Positions 28,659 to 37,440 of a stretch of DNA of 64,000 nucleotides are shown here, one piece after another. The stretch covers positions 3,659 to 67,658 of the forward strand of contig CALZKB010000010.1 in assembly GCA_945787575.1 (NCBI GenBank). Direction: 5' to 3'. A program made the translations under genes and the position numbers. Numbering within the stretch: position 1 is the stretch's first letter; each line of letters starts with the position of its first letter. This DNA comes from Thermoanaerobaculia bacterium. GTDB taxonomy: Bacteria > Acidobacteriota > Thermoanaerobaculia > Multivoradales > JAHEKO01. The notes under the pieces are model-generated. The model ran no database searches. It saw only the letters and a list, made by a program, of their open reading frames with translations, and was not told where the DNA came from.

Positions 28659-30199
28659 GCGTCGAGCACGAAACCGTGCTGGTTCTGGACTTCGGGAGTC
28701 AGTATACGCAGCTGATCGCGCGGAGGGTTCGCGAGAATCGGGTCTACTGCGAGATTCAGCCGCCCGATCTCCCGGCCCGGGAGCTGGAGGCTCGCGCACC
28801 GATCGGGGTCATCCTCTCCGGTGGGCCGCAAAGCGTCTACGCGGAGCAGTCGCCCCGTCCGGACGCGAGGCTTTTCGAGCTCGGCATCCCGGTGCTCGGC
28901 ATCTGCTACGGCATGCAGGTGATGGCCCACGAGCTGGGCGGCGGGGTCGAAGGGTCGCCGCGACGAGAGTACGGCCGGGCCGAGATCGAGGTCAGCGGAG
29001 AGGGAGGGCTGTTCGAGGGTTGCGAACCCCGAGAGACTGTTTGGATGAGCCACGGCGACAACGTCGGCGAGCTGCCGTCGGGATTCACGAGCGTGGCCGC
29101 GACCACGAGCGCTCCGGTGGTCGCCTTCGAGGATCGGGAGCGGCGCCTCTATGGAATCCAATTCCATCCCGAGGTCTCGCACACGGTATCGGGAGACATG
29201 ATCCTCCGTAACTTCCTGTACGGCGTCTGCAACGCTGCCGGAGACTGGGGCATGGCGTCGTTCCTCGCCGAGACCGTCGAGGAGCTCCGCGGCCGCTATC
29301 CGGAGGGCAACATCATCTGCGGCCTGTCGGGCGGTGTCGACAGCTCCGTCGTCTCCGTTCTTCTCGACCGGGCGTTTGGCGATCGCGTCAAGCCGGTCTT
29401 CGTCGACAACGGATTGCTGCGCAAGCACGAGGCCGAGCAGGTGATGCATAGCCTGAAGGAGGGGCTCGCCCTGTCGGTGCTCGCGGTCGACGCTCAGGAC
29501 GCGTTTCTGAGCGCGCTCGAGGGGATTCTCGACCCGGAGGAGAAGCGAAGGACGATCGGGCGCGTCTTCGTCGAGGTGTTCGAGGAGGCCGCGAGCGGCA
29601 TCCCGGATGCTCGGTATCTCGCTCAGGGAACGCTCTACCCGGACGTCATCGAATCGATGTCGGTCAAGGGACCGTCGGCGGTGATCAAGACCCACCACAA
29701 CGTCGGCGGTCTGCCGGAGAAGCACGGCTTCGAGCTGATCGAGCCGTTGCGTCTCTTGTTCAAGGACGAGGTGCGGCAGTTGGGGCGTGAGCTGCAGATA
29801 CCGGAGGCGTTGATCGGGCGCCATCCGTTTCCCGGGCCCGGCCTCGCGGTGCGGATTCTCGGCGAGGTCACCCGCGAACGGACGAAGCTCGTTCGCGAGG
29901 CCGACGCGATCTTCCTCCACGAGCTCCGCGAGGCGGGCTTTTACGACAAGGTGAGCCAGGCCTTCACGGTGCTCTTGCCGGTCAAGAGCGTTGGCGTTAT
30001 GGGCGACTTTCGAACTTACGACAACGTCGTGGCGCTGCGAGCGGTCGAGACCCAGGACTTCATGACCGCCGACTGGGCCGCCCTGCCGCACGAGCTGCTC
30101 GGTCGGGCCGCCAACCGCATCGTCAACGAGGTACCGGGCGTCAACCGCGTCGTCTACGACGTCACCAGCAAGCCGCCAGCGACCATTGAATGGGAGTGA
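28655..30199 (+). CDS. guaA: glutamine-hydrolysing GMP synthase
   Basis: GATase domain (GICYGMQ, QFHPEV), ATP-PPase SGGVDSS motif, and a C-terminal dimerisation domain ending KPPATIEWE. Confidence 0.95.
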   Translation: MSVEHETVLVLDFGSQYTQLIARRVRENRVYCEIQPPDLPARELEARAPIGVILSGGPQSVYAEQSPRPDARLFELGIPVLGICYGMQVMAHELGGGVEGSPRREYGRAEIEVSGEGGLFEGCEPRETVWMSHGDNVGELPSGFTSVAATTSAPVVAFEDRERRLYGIQFHPEVSHTVSGDMILRNFLYGVCNAAGDWGMASFLAETVEELRGRYPEGNIICGLSGGVDSSVVSVLLDRAFGDRVKPVFVDNGLLRKHEAEQVMHSLKEGLALSVLAVDAQDAFLSALEGILDPEEKRRTIGRVFVEVFEEAASGIPDARYLAQGTLYPDVIESMSVKGPSAVIKTHHNVGGLPEKHGFELIEPLRLLFKDEVRQLGRELQIPEALIGRHPFPGPGLAVRILGEVTRERTKLVREADAIFLHELREAGFYDKVSQAFTVLLPVKSVGVMGDFRTYDNVVALRAVETQDFMTADWAALPHELLGRAANRIVNEVPGVNRVVYDVTSKPPATIEWE

Positions 30200-30438
30200 G
30201 GCTCCAGCTCGTCACTCGCGAGGGGTGCCACCTCTGCCACGAGATGGAGGCGGTGCTCGAACGCCGGCTCCCGGGCCTGGGTGGGTCCTACCAAGCTCTG
30301 GACGTCGACGCGGACCCGGAGCTCACCGCCCGCTACGGAGACGTGGTGCCGGTCCTCCTGCGCGACGGCCGACCGGTCGCCAAGGTGCGGTTGACCGAGC
30401 GTGAGCTCGAGAGGATCGTCCGCAGGCGACGCTTCTAG
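30190..30438 (+). CDS. glutaredoxin-like small thioredoxin-fold protein (DUF836-like)
   Basis: 82 aa with a CHLC redox motif near the N-terminus and VPVL followed by a basic tail. It overlaps the guaA end by 10 nt. Confidence 0.7.
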   Translation: MGVRLQLVTREGCHLCHEMEAVLERRLPGLGGSYQALDVDADPELTARYGDVVPVLLRDGRPVAKVRLTERELERIVRRRRF

Positions 30439-30501
30439 CAGCTCGTGGCGGAAGTCATGCGGCGCCGTACGACCAGGGCCCACGGGACAGCTGCAAGCTG
30501 G

Positions 30502-31125
30502 TCACCGCGCCAATTCTCCCCGAGTGTCGCGGCTGCCGTTGGCCTTCATCAGGAAGCTGTTGCCGCGCAGCCACGGGGCGAGCGCCAGCTGCTCGAGATG
30601 CACGCGCAGTCGCCCGGTTTCCTCGTTGTCGAGATGCCACCCTTGGGCGTCGAACCAACCGAGCCAATCGCTGTGGGGTCGGCAGTTGATGTGACCTCGG
30701 CCGGCCTGCCCTTCGGGAGCCGCCGAAAAGTAGATCCAGGAACGGGCGACTCGGGTCAAGGTCTCCACCAGGGCGAGCGAGCGCTCGGGCTCGATGTGCT
30801 CCGCCACCTCGACGCAGCAAGCGAGGTCGTAGCTGCCGGCGGCGGCACCGAAGTCCGCCACCTCAATCGAACCGTTCAATCGCTCTCCGATCAGGGTGCG
30901 CACGTCGGCACTCACGTCGACGCCGGAGATCCGCTTGCCGGCTGCCGAGAACCGCTGCAGCAGGAATCCGTTGCCGCACCCAACGTCGATCGCCGACTCG
31001 AACGGTAGGTGCCGAAGCAAGAAGTCGGCCACCAGATCGTAATCCGAGCGAAATCGCTCCCTCCGACTCAGGTCCCTGAGGCGGTAGGGCTTGGGACGGC
31101 GCACGAGCCGCCGAAGAAGGCTCAC
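30502..31125 (-). CDS. class I SAM-dependent methyltransferase
   Basis: IDVGCGNGFLL motif I and DLACCVEVAEHI. GTG 31125 gives a GTGA overlap with the upstream DHH gene; the longest ORF start is at 31164. Confidence 0.7.
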   Translation of the reverse strand: MSLLRRLVRRPKPYRLRDLSRRERFRSDYDLVADFLLRHLPFESAIDVGCGNGFLLQRFSAAGKRISGVDVSADVRTLIGERLNGSIEVADFGAAAGSYDLACCVEVAEHIEPERSLALVETLTRVARSWIYFSAAPEGQAGRGHINCRPHSDWLGWFDAQGWHLDNEETGRLRVHLEQLALAPWLRGNSFLMKANGSRDTRGELAR

Positions 31126-32207
31126 GTCAGGTCCTCGTACTCCTCTCGGACAATTTGACCCCAATCGACCGGCTGAAGCCGATCAGGGTTCTTTTTTAGC
31201 ATCTTCGCAAGCCGCGTGGCGAGCCGATTCTGGAGTGCCTCGGTCTTGCCGTTCGTCCCATCCTCCAACCCCACCCAGCCACCTGCCATCATGCCATGTC
31301 CGCCGCCCTTGCCGCGACGGGTGAGCAGGCGGCGCATGAGCTTTCCGGCATCGGCTCGCGGATTGGTCGTACGCAGCGACAGGTAGAGTCGCTCGTTGAA
31401 GACGCCGGTGGCCATCGACCAGGTCTTGCCCTCGAGGCGGAGGAGGAGGTCGGCGACCTCCGGGACGATGTCGGGCTGCTCGATCGGCCCGAGGTGCGAA
31501 ACGACGAGCGTGCTGACCGTCACCATCCGCTCGACCGCCCTCCTCAGGCTGTGGAAGTAGGCGAGGCTCAAGGGGGGAAGCTCGATCTTGGCGAGAGCCC
31601 GGAGATCGGAGAGCGGACGGAGGAAGTCGTAGATCGCGCGATCAGCGCTCGAGTACTCGCGCCGGAAGTCCTGCGTTTCGGTATTGATCGCGTAGAGCAG
31701 CGCCGTGGCGATGGGGCGGGAGATCTCGACCTCGGCCACCCGCAGGTATTCGGTGAGAATCGTGGCGGTCGCTCCGTAGTCGGTCCTGATATCCAGAAAC
31801 CGGGCATCGCGCGTCGACCGGCGAATGGGATGGTGATCGAAGACCAGGTCGGGGCTCAACTGCTCGGGGAACTGGTTGTTTCCCGTTCCCGGCTGGCAGT
31901 CGACCATGGCGAAGCGACGGTAGTTCTTCCAAGTGAGATGGCGAAGGTGACTGATCCGCAGCCCCAGGGTCTTGACCATCTGCCGGTTCTCAGCCCGGCC
32001 GATGATCCCCCCATAGGCGATGGTCGCCTGGTGCCGGAAGACTTTGCGCAGCAAAGTCGCCAGTGCCGCCGCGGCCGCCAGCGAGTCGGGATCGGGGTTG
32101 TCATGGGTGAGCACCAGCCACCGCCCGCGGGCCGATGTCCGGGCGAGCAGATCTTGAAGCTCGGCAAAGCGCGCTCGGGTGCGCTCCGTAGTCATGAGGG
32201 CGTGCAT
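31122..32207 (-). CDS. DHH/DHHA1 family phosphoesterase (NrnA-like)
   Basis: THDNPDPDSL, FDHHP, and a C-terminal GGGHGMMAGG (DHHA1 GGGH motif). An alternative start is the second ATG at 32195. Confidence 0.75.
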   Translation of the reverse strand: MHALMTTERTRARFAELQDLLARTSARGRWLVLTHDNPDPDSLAAAAALATLLRKVFRHQATIAYGGIIGRAENRQMVKTLGLRISHLRHLTWKNYRRFAMVDCQPGTGNNQFPEQLSPDLVFDHHPIRRSTRDARFLDIRTDYGATATILTEYLRVAEVEISRPIATALLYAINTETQDFRREYSSADRAIYDFLRPLSDLRALAKIELPPLSLAYFHSLRRAVERMVTVSTLVVSHLGPIEQPDIVPEVADLLLRLEGKTWSMATGVFNERLYLSLRTTNPRADAGKLMRRLLTRRGKGGGHGMMAGGWVGLEDGTNGKTEALQNRLATRLAKMLKKNPDRLQPVDWGQIVREEYEDLT

Positions 32208-32211
32208 TCTA
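32206..32211 (-). promoter_or_regulatory. candidate -10 box (TAGAAT) for the DHH phosphoesterase operon
   Basis: TAGAAT on the minus strand overlaps the first ATG (TAGAATG) and lies 10 nt upstream of the second in-frame ATG at 32195. Confidence 0.3.
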
Positions 32212-32290
32212 CCGGAGCCGGGGGTATCCCACGCTGTCGGGACTACGGCGGCACGACCCTAGGCACCTCCATCCGGAGAGGGGACGGGCG

Positions 32291-33700
32291 TCAGGGCAGG
32301 ACCTTGCCGGGGTTCAGGATGCCCAGCGGATCGAACGCCTTCTTGAGACGCACCATGAGATCGAGGGCCGCCGGCGAGAAGGCTCGGCGAAGATGGCGAC
32401 GCTGGGTCCAACCGATGCCGTGCTCGCCGGCGACGGCGCCCCCAAGCCGCAGTACTTCCTCGATCAGCTCGTCTTCGGCGCGGTCGCGCCGATCGTTCCA
32501 CTCGTCCTCCTCGAGCCTTCCACGCAAGAGGTTGACGTGGAGATTGCCGTCACCCGCGTGCCCGTAGCAGACGCACTCGAGACCGGCCGCGTCGGCCGCG
32601 CGCCGCGCCGCCCGGACGAGAGCGGCGAGAGAGGAGCGGGGAACCACCGCGTCAATCTCCTTGTAGGTCGAGTAGTGCTTGACCGCCGATCCGATCTTCG
32701 ATCGGATCTCCCACAAGCGTTGGCGATCCCGCTCGTCCGCCGCGACCAGGGGGACGATCGGCTCGAACCGTCGCGCCAGCCGCAGCGCACTATCGAGCAG
32801 CAGCTCTCGGGAAGGCCCGTCGAGCTCGAGCAGGACGAACGAGCGCGCGTCGCGTAACGCCTCCGGCAGCGGACTCGATGCGTGCACCAGCTCGAGCGCT
32901 CGAGCTTCGAGAAGCTCGCAAGCCGCGGGCTCGACGCCGGACTCGAAGACTTCGAGCACGGCCTGAGCTCCGCGCTCGAGGCTCTCGAACGCCAGACCGA
33001 GCGTCAGGCGCGCGGCGGGGTAGCCGATGAGGCGCAGGGTGGCGGCGGTCACCACGGCAAGGGTTCCTTCCGATCCGACCAACAGCTGGGTGAGGCTGTA
33101 GCCGCTCACGTCCTTGCGGTTCGCGCCCCCGGTTCGGATCACCGAACCGTCGGGGAGGACGGCCTCCAGGCCGAGGACGTAGCGCCGCGTCGTTCCGTAC
33201 TTACACGAGTGAGGCCCCGCCGCATCCTCGGCGATGTTGCCGCCGATCTGACAGGTATCGCGGCTGGCAGGGTCGGGCGGGTAGTACAGCCCCTCCTCGC
33301 GCACTCGCGCCTGAAGCTGCCCGGTCACCACCCCCGCTTCGACCTCGACGATCTGATCCGCGAGATCCAATCGGCGTATGCGGTCGAGCCGCTCGAGGGA
33401 GAGAGCGACTCCACCGAAGACGGGAAGGGCACCACCGGAGAGCCCGGTTCGAGCCCCTTGCGGCGTGACCGGGACGCGGTGGCGTGAAGCCCATGCGAGA
33501 ATCGCGCTCACGTCGGCCGTCGCGATCGGTCGTGCCACGACCTGCGGCTCGTAATGGAGAGCCTCGGTCTCGTCTCGGGAGTACGCCTCGACGCCCAGGG
33601 ACGGGTCCAGAAGGGTCCCCGAGGGCAGTTCGGCTTCGAGCTCCGCGAGGGCATCCACGGGGATCTCGAAACGTGGCTCCGGGAGAGAGAAGTCCGACAA
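32291..33700 (-). CDS. FAD-linked oxidase (GlcD / D-lactate dehydrogenase family)
   Basis: FAD-binding PCMH domain (VTPQGARTGLSGGALP, IGGNIAEDAAGP) and C-terminal domain (GHAGDGNLHVN, GEHGIG, LNPGKV). The start is uncertain: TTG 33700 or GTG 33658. The rest of the 650-codon ORF upstream is spurious. Confidence 0.8.
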   Translation of the reverse strand: MSDFSLPEPRFEIPVDALAELEAELPSGTLLDPSLGVEAYSRDETEALHYEPQVVARPIATADVSAILAWASRHRVPVTPQGARTGLSGGALPVFGGVALSLERLDRIRRLDLADQIVEVEAGVVTGQLQARVREEGLYYPPDPASRDTCQIGGNIAEDAAGPHSCKYGTTRRYVLGLEAVLPDGSVIRTGGANRKDVSGYSLTQLLVGSEGTLAVVTAATLRLIGYPAARLTLGLAFESLERGAQAVLEVFESGVEPAACELLEARALELVHASSPLPEALRDARSFVLLELDGPSRELLLDSALRLARRFEPIVPLVAADERDRQRLWEIRSKIGSAVKHYSTYKEIDAVVPRSSLAALVRAARRAADAAGLECVCYGHAGDGNLHVNLLRGRLEEDEWNDRRDRAEDELIEEVLRLGGAVAGEHGIGWTQRRHLRRAFSPAALDLMVRLKKAFDPLGILNPGKVLP

Positions 33701-33754
33701 GGCGTCGGTATCGTATAGTGCCCGACGGCCTTTCCGCCGTTGGATGGAGACCCC

Positions 33755-34510
33755 ATGAGCTCGATCTCGGCTTTCCTGATGGCTTCGCTGGCGATGCTCG
33801 CTATCATCCCCGGGGAGGCGCTCGCCGAGGCCACCGACTGGAATACCGTTCTCGAGCGCCACTGGGTCGACGGCGGGTTGGACTACGAGGCGCTCGCTGC
33901 GAATCGAGAACCGCTCGACGCCTATTTGGCGACGCTGCCGGGAACAGACGTCGCGAGCTGGTCCGCCCCGCGACAGCTCGCCTTCTGGATCAACGCCTAC
34001 AACGCGGTCGTCACTCAGTTCGTGCTCGAGAGGTATCCGGCGATCAGCTCGGTCAAGGAGGTCGACGGGTTCTTCGACGGGCTGATCCATGAAGTGGCCG
34101 GGGAGCGGCTCACCCTCGACGAGATCGAAGGTCGTGCCCGCGCCTTCGACGACCCTCGAGTGCACTTCGCGGTGGTCTGCGCCTCGACGAGCTGCCCTGA
34201 TCTGCGCGCCGAGGCTTTCGAGGCCGACCGCATCGAAGCTCAACTTCAGGAGCAGACCGAGCGCTTTCTAGCCGATACAGAGAAAGGGCTCAGATTCGAT
34301 CCGCGGGCGGGTAAGCTCTACCTCTCCTCGATCTTCAAGTGGTACGCCGGCGACTTCACCGGCGGCAGCACCGTGGTCGCGTTCTTCGCTCGCGGCAAGG
34401 TGACGGACTGGGTTGTTCTCAATCTCCCGGACGATCTTGCCGAGAGGATTCGGGACGCCGATCCGTCGGTCGCCTACTTGGACTACGATTGGAGCCTCAA
34501 CGACCGTTGA
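33755..34510 (+). CDS. DUF547 domain-containing protein, secreted
   Basis: Signal peptide, plus FWINAYNAVV and VHFAVVCASTSCP motifs characteristic of DUF547. ATG 33755 has GGAG 5 nt upstream, and a TATAGT hexamer lies at 33714-33719. Confidence 0.75.
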   Translation: MSSISAFLMASLAMLAIIPGEALAEATDWNTVLERHWVDGGLDYEALAANREPLDAYLATLPGTDVASWSAPRQLAFWINAYNAVVTQFVLERYPAISSVKEVDGFFDGLIHEVAGERLTLDEIEGRARAFDDPRVHFAVVCASTSCPDLRAEAFEADRIEAQLQEQTERFLADTEKGLRFDPRAGKLYLSSIFKWYAGDFTGGSTVVAFFARGKVTDWVVLNLPDDLAERIRDADPSVAYLDYDWSLNDR

Positions 34511-34517
34511 GGCTTCA

Positions 34518-35360
34518 ATGATCTCCGAGCTCTTCCGCCTGGGTCCCATCAGCATCAGTCCGTTCGGTCCCGCCATGGTGGCCGCCTTCCTGCTCGCCTG
34601 GGCACAGGTTCGCTGGGGACTGCGCCAGGTCGACCTGTTCGATGAGGAGCACGCCAGCGCCCTGCTGTTGGCCGCTGGGATCGGCGGGATCGTGGGCGCG
34701 AAGCTCTACTACACGGCGCTCTATGGAGAGTGGGGTCTGTTCTTCTCCCGCTCCGGCCTCGTCTGGTACGGAGGACTCGTTGGCGGCACGCTGGCCGTCC
34801 TCTGGACGGCCCGCAAGCGGGGGCTGCCGATGCTGCCGGTTGCCGACATCGGCACCGCCGCGGTCGCCGCCGGATACGCCGTCGGTCGCGTCGGCTGTTT
34901 TCTCGTGGGCGACGATTTCGGCATCGCGACTCGACGGCCGTGGGGCGTCGCCTTTCCGTACGGGTTGCCGTTTCCGACCACCGCCGAGAACATGAGGCCG
35001 TTCGGTGGCTCGATCGATCCATCGGCTGCCGGGCAGGACCTCGTCCCCGTGCATCCCACGCAGCTCTACGAGACGTTCGCCGCGTTGGCCATCCTCCTCC
35101 TGTGTCGGCGACTCCTGCGCCGCCGGGTCGCGCCGGGATTGACGGCGGCTGCTGGGCTGGGTCTGCTGGCTGTGGAACGGTTCTTCGTTGAGTTCCTGAG
35201 AGCCAAGGACGATCGGTTCTTCGGTCCGCTCAGCCTCGCACAACTTCTCAGCGTCGCGATCGTCGTCGTATTGGCGGTGGCGGTATACCGGCTTCGGCCC
35301 AGCGAGCAGGGTGGAGACGTGCCGGACGGCCGCCGAGGCGGTGGCGGGACGAGGTTGTGA
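34518..35360 (+). CDS. lgt: prolipoprotein diacylglyceryl transferase
   Basis: GRVGCFLVGDDFG, HPTQLYE, and multiple TM segments. The last ~20 codons (PSEQGGDVPDGRRGGGGTRL) look atypical and overlap the thiD-like remnant. Confidence 0.9.
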   Translation: MISELFRLGPISISPFGPAMVAAFLLAWAQVRWGLRQVDLFDEEHASALLLAAGIGGIVGAKLYYTALYGEWGLFFSRSGLVWYGGLVGGTLAVLWTARKRGLPMLPVADIGTAAVAAGYAVGRVGCFLVGDDFGIATRRPWGVAFPYGLPFPTTAENMRPFGGSIDPSAAGQDLVPVHPTQLYETFAALAILLLCRRLLRRRVAPGLTAAAGLGLLAVERFFVEFLRAKDDRFFGPLSLAQLLSVAIVVVLAVAVYRLRPSEQGGDVPDGRRGGGGTRL

Positions 35361-35625
35361 CGTTCTCGTGAAAGGGGGACACGGTACCGGACCGAGGTGT
35401 GTGGACGTGCTCGTCACATCTTCGGGGACCTACGAGTACGTCAACCAGAGGAGACAGGAGCGTCCCGTCCGGGGCACAGGCTGCTGGCTGTGGACCGCCA
35501 TCGCCGCGGGGCTGGCGCATGGTCGGGGCCCGGAGGCGGCGGTGAGCTCGGCAATCGAGGGCCTCCAAGGGCGCTGCCCGACGCTACGGTATTCTGAGTC
35601 CCCTCGGCGCCGTCGAGGCACGTAG
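35311..35625 (+). pseudogene. C-terminal remnant of a ThiD/PdxK-type (hydroxymethylpyrimidine/phosphomethylpyrimidine) kinase
   Basis: AAEAVAGRGCDVLVKGGHGTG...VDVLV...RGTGCWLWTAIAAGLAHGRGPEAAVSSA resembles the last third of ThiD (vlvKGGH, hGTGC, AIAa.LA.G). The N-terminal two thirds are absent, the conserved H of HGTGC is R, and it overlaps the lgt 3' end. Confidence 0.45.
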
Positions 35626-35663
35626 TTTGCAGTACTCCGAGACGCCCTTGGAGGACGACGACG

Positions 35664-37301
35664 ATGACTGCCCGATTCTCGAACCTCTGCACGCTGACCG
35701 TTCTGCTGGCCCTCGCAACGGCTCTCCCATCGGCGGTCGGCGCTCAGGAGGAGGAGAGACCCGGCCTGTTTTCGGAGGTCGTCGACGTGCGGGTCGTCAA
35801 CATCGAGATTGTCGTGACCGACCGCGACGGAGTCCAGGTGCGCGGGCTCGGCTCCGACGACTTCCGTCTCGAGGTCGACGGCGAGGAGGTACCCATCGAC
35901 TACTTCAGCGAGATCCGGGGCGGCCGCGTCCTGGAGACGACGGGAAGTGGCGGCACGGACCTGCCGGCGGTCCCGGCCCTCGCCTCCGGAGAGGAGATGG
36001 GGACCAGCTACCTCGTCTTCATCGACGACTACTTCACCTTCAAGGAAGACCGCGACCAGGCGCTCGCCGGGATCGAGGCCGATCTCGCCCTTCTCGGTCC
36101 CGACGACCGGATGGCGGTGGTGGCTTTCGACGGGCGTGAGCTCGAGATGCTGACGAGCTGGACCGGCTCGGCCGTCGAGCTGGAGCGAGTCTTCAGAGGG
36201 GCGCGGGAGCGCCAGACTCGAGGACTTCAGCGCCTCGTCGAGTTACGGCAGTACGAAGCGGGGACTCGGACGCGGCCGATCGGTCCGGCGACCCGGGTCG
36301 ATCCCGAAACTCAGGCCTACATTCTCCGCCTGGCCGACCAGGTCGATCGACTGCTCGACGGAGCCGCGGCGACGCTAAGGAGCTTCGCCATGCCCCCAGG
36401 GCGCAAGGTGATGATGCTGGTGACCGGGGGTTGGCCGTACACGCCGAGTGAGTTCGCGACCGGCGACCCCACGGTGCGCGTCGAGCTCTCTCTGGTGGAG
36501 GGCGAGGCCCTCTACCGCCAGGTGAGCGATACGGCGAATCTCCTGGGCTACACCCTCTATCCGGTGGACGCCTCGGGAATGGGTACTCGCTGGTCGGAGG
36601 ATCCTGCGGCGGCAAGCCAGGAGACCTTCGGCTCCCCGGAGCTGGTGTCGGCACGGCGTATCGAGCGACAGAACAGCACGCGGTTCCTGGCCCGCGAGAC
36701 CGGTGGACGGCCGCTGCTGTTCGGCAGTGCCGACCACGCCTTAGGAGAGACCGTCCGTGACACGAGGTCTTTCTATTGGCTCGGTTTCTCTCCCCAGCGA
36801 GCCTGGGACAACGAGGCCCACGACGTACGGGTGACGACTCGCAACGGCGACCTCGAGGTTCGCTCGCGCCGGAACTTCCTCGACTCGTCTCGGGACACGG
36901 AGGTGACGATGAACGTGGAGAGCGCTCTGCTCTTCGGTTCTTTGCCGCAGGCTCCTCGCTTCGAGGTCGCTCTGGGCGACTGGCGAAAGGCGGGATTTCG
37001 CAAGATGGAGCTCCCGCTGACGGTATCGATCCCGCTCGGCGACCTGACTTTCGTAGAGGTCGGAGGACGCTTCATCTCCGAGCTGGAGCTGCGTCTCGCG
37101 GTTCGTGACGAGGAGTTCAACCGTGCCGAGATTCCAGTGATCCCCATACGCCTCGAGTCGGACGAGGCTCCCCGAGACGATGAGCGCTGGGAGTACACGG
37201 TGCCGCTGAGGCTCCGTCGCAAGAGACACCATGCCCTCGTCGCGATCTACGACACGGCCAGTGGTAGAATCCTCACCGCCGGGATCGAGATCGAGCCCTA
37301 G
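35664..37301 (+). CDS. VWA domain-containing secreted protein (TIGR03436-like 'VWFA-related acidobacterial domain')
   Basis: Signal peptide and N-terminal module VVDVRVVNIEIVVTDRDGVQVRGLGSDDFRLEVDGEEVPIDYFSE. This is followed by a VWA-like fold (YLVFIDDYFTF...MAVVAFDG). Confidence 0.75.
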   Translation: MTARFSNLCTLTVLLALATALPSAVGAQEEERPGLFSEVVDVRVVNIEIVVTDRDGVQVRGLGSDDFRLEVDGEEVPIDYFSEIRGGRVLETTGSGGTDLPAVPALASGEEMGTSYLVFIDDYFTFKEDRDQALAGIEADLALLGPDDRMAVVAFDGRELEMLTSWTGSAVELERVFRGARERQTRGLQRLVELRQYEAGTRTRPIGPATRVDPETQAYILRLADQVDRLLDGAAATLRSFAMPPGRKVMMLVTGGWPYTPSEFATGDPTVRVELSLVEGEALYRQVSDTANLLGYTLYPVDASGMGTRWSEDPAAASQETFGSPELVSARRIERQNSTRFLARETGGRPLLFGSADHALGETVRDTRSFYWLGFSPQRAWDNEAHDVRVTTRNGDLEVRSRRNFLDSSRDTEVTMNVESALLFGSLPQAPRFEVALGDWRKAGFRKMELPLTVSIPLGDLTFVEVGGRFISELELRLAVRDEEFNRAEIPVIPIRLESDEAPRDDERWEYTVPLRLRRKRHHALVAIYDTASGRILTAGIEIEP

Positions 37302-37440
37302 CCCGCTCCCCAGCCCCGGTTCGGCAAGGCGCCGGCCGGCTCCATCCCCGAGCCGGCGGCCGAGCCGGATCCTCCAGAGCCCGACTCTCCCAAGCGCTAT
37401 TTCCCGGAAGCCCAACTCTTCGAATTCAAGGTAGAACAGC

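Noticed and set aside
35196-35201. A CUGAGA motif upstream of the thiD-like remnant as a possible TPP (thi-box) riboswitch remnant.
   Set aside because: It lies inside the well-conserved lgt coding frame (…FLRAKDD…). The remainder of the thi-box (the ACCUGAUCUGGAUAAUGCCAGCG-like segment) is absent, so it is coincidental.
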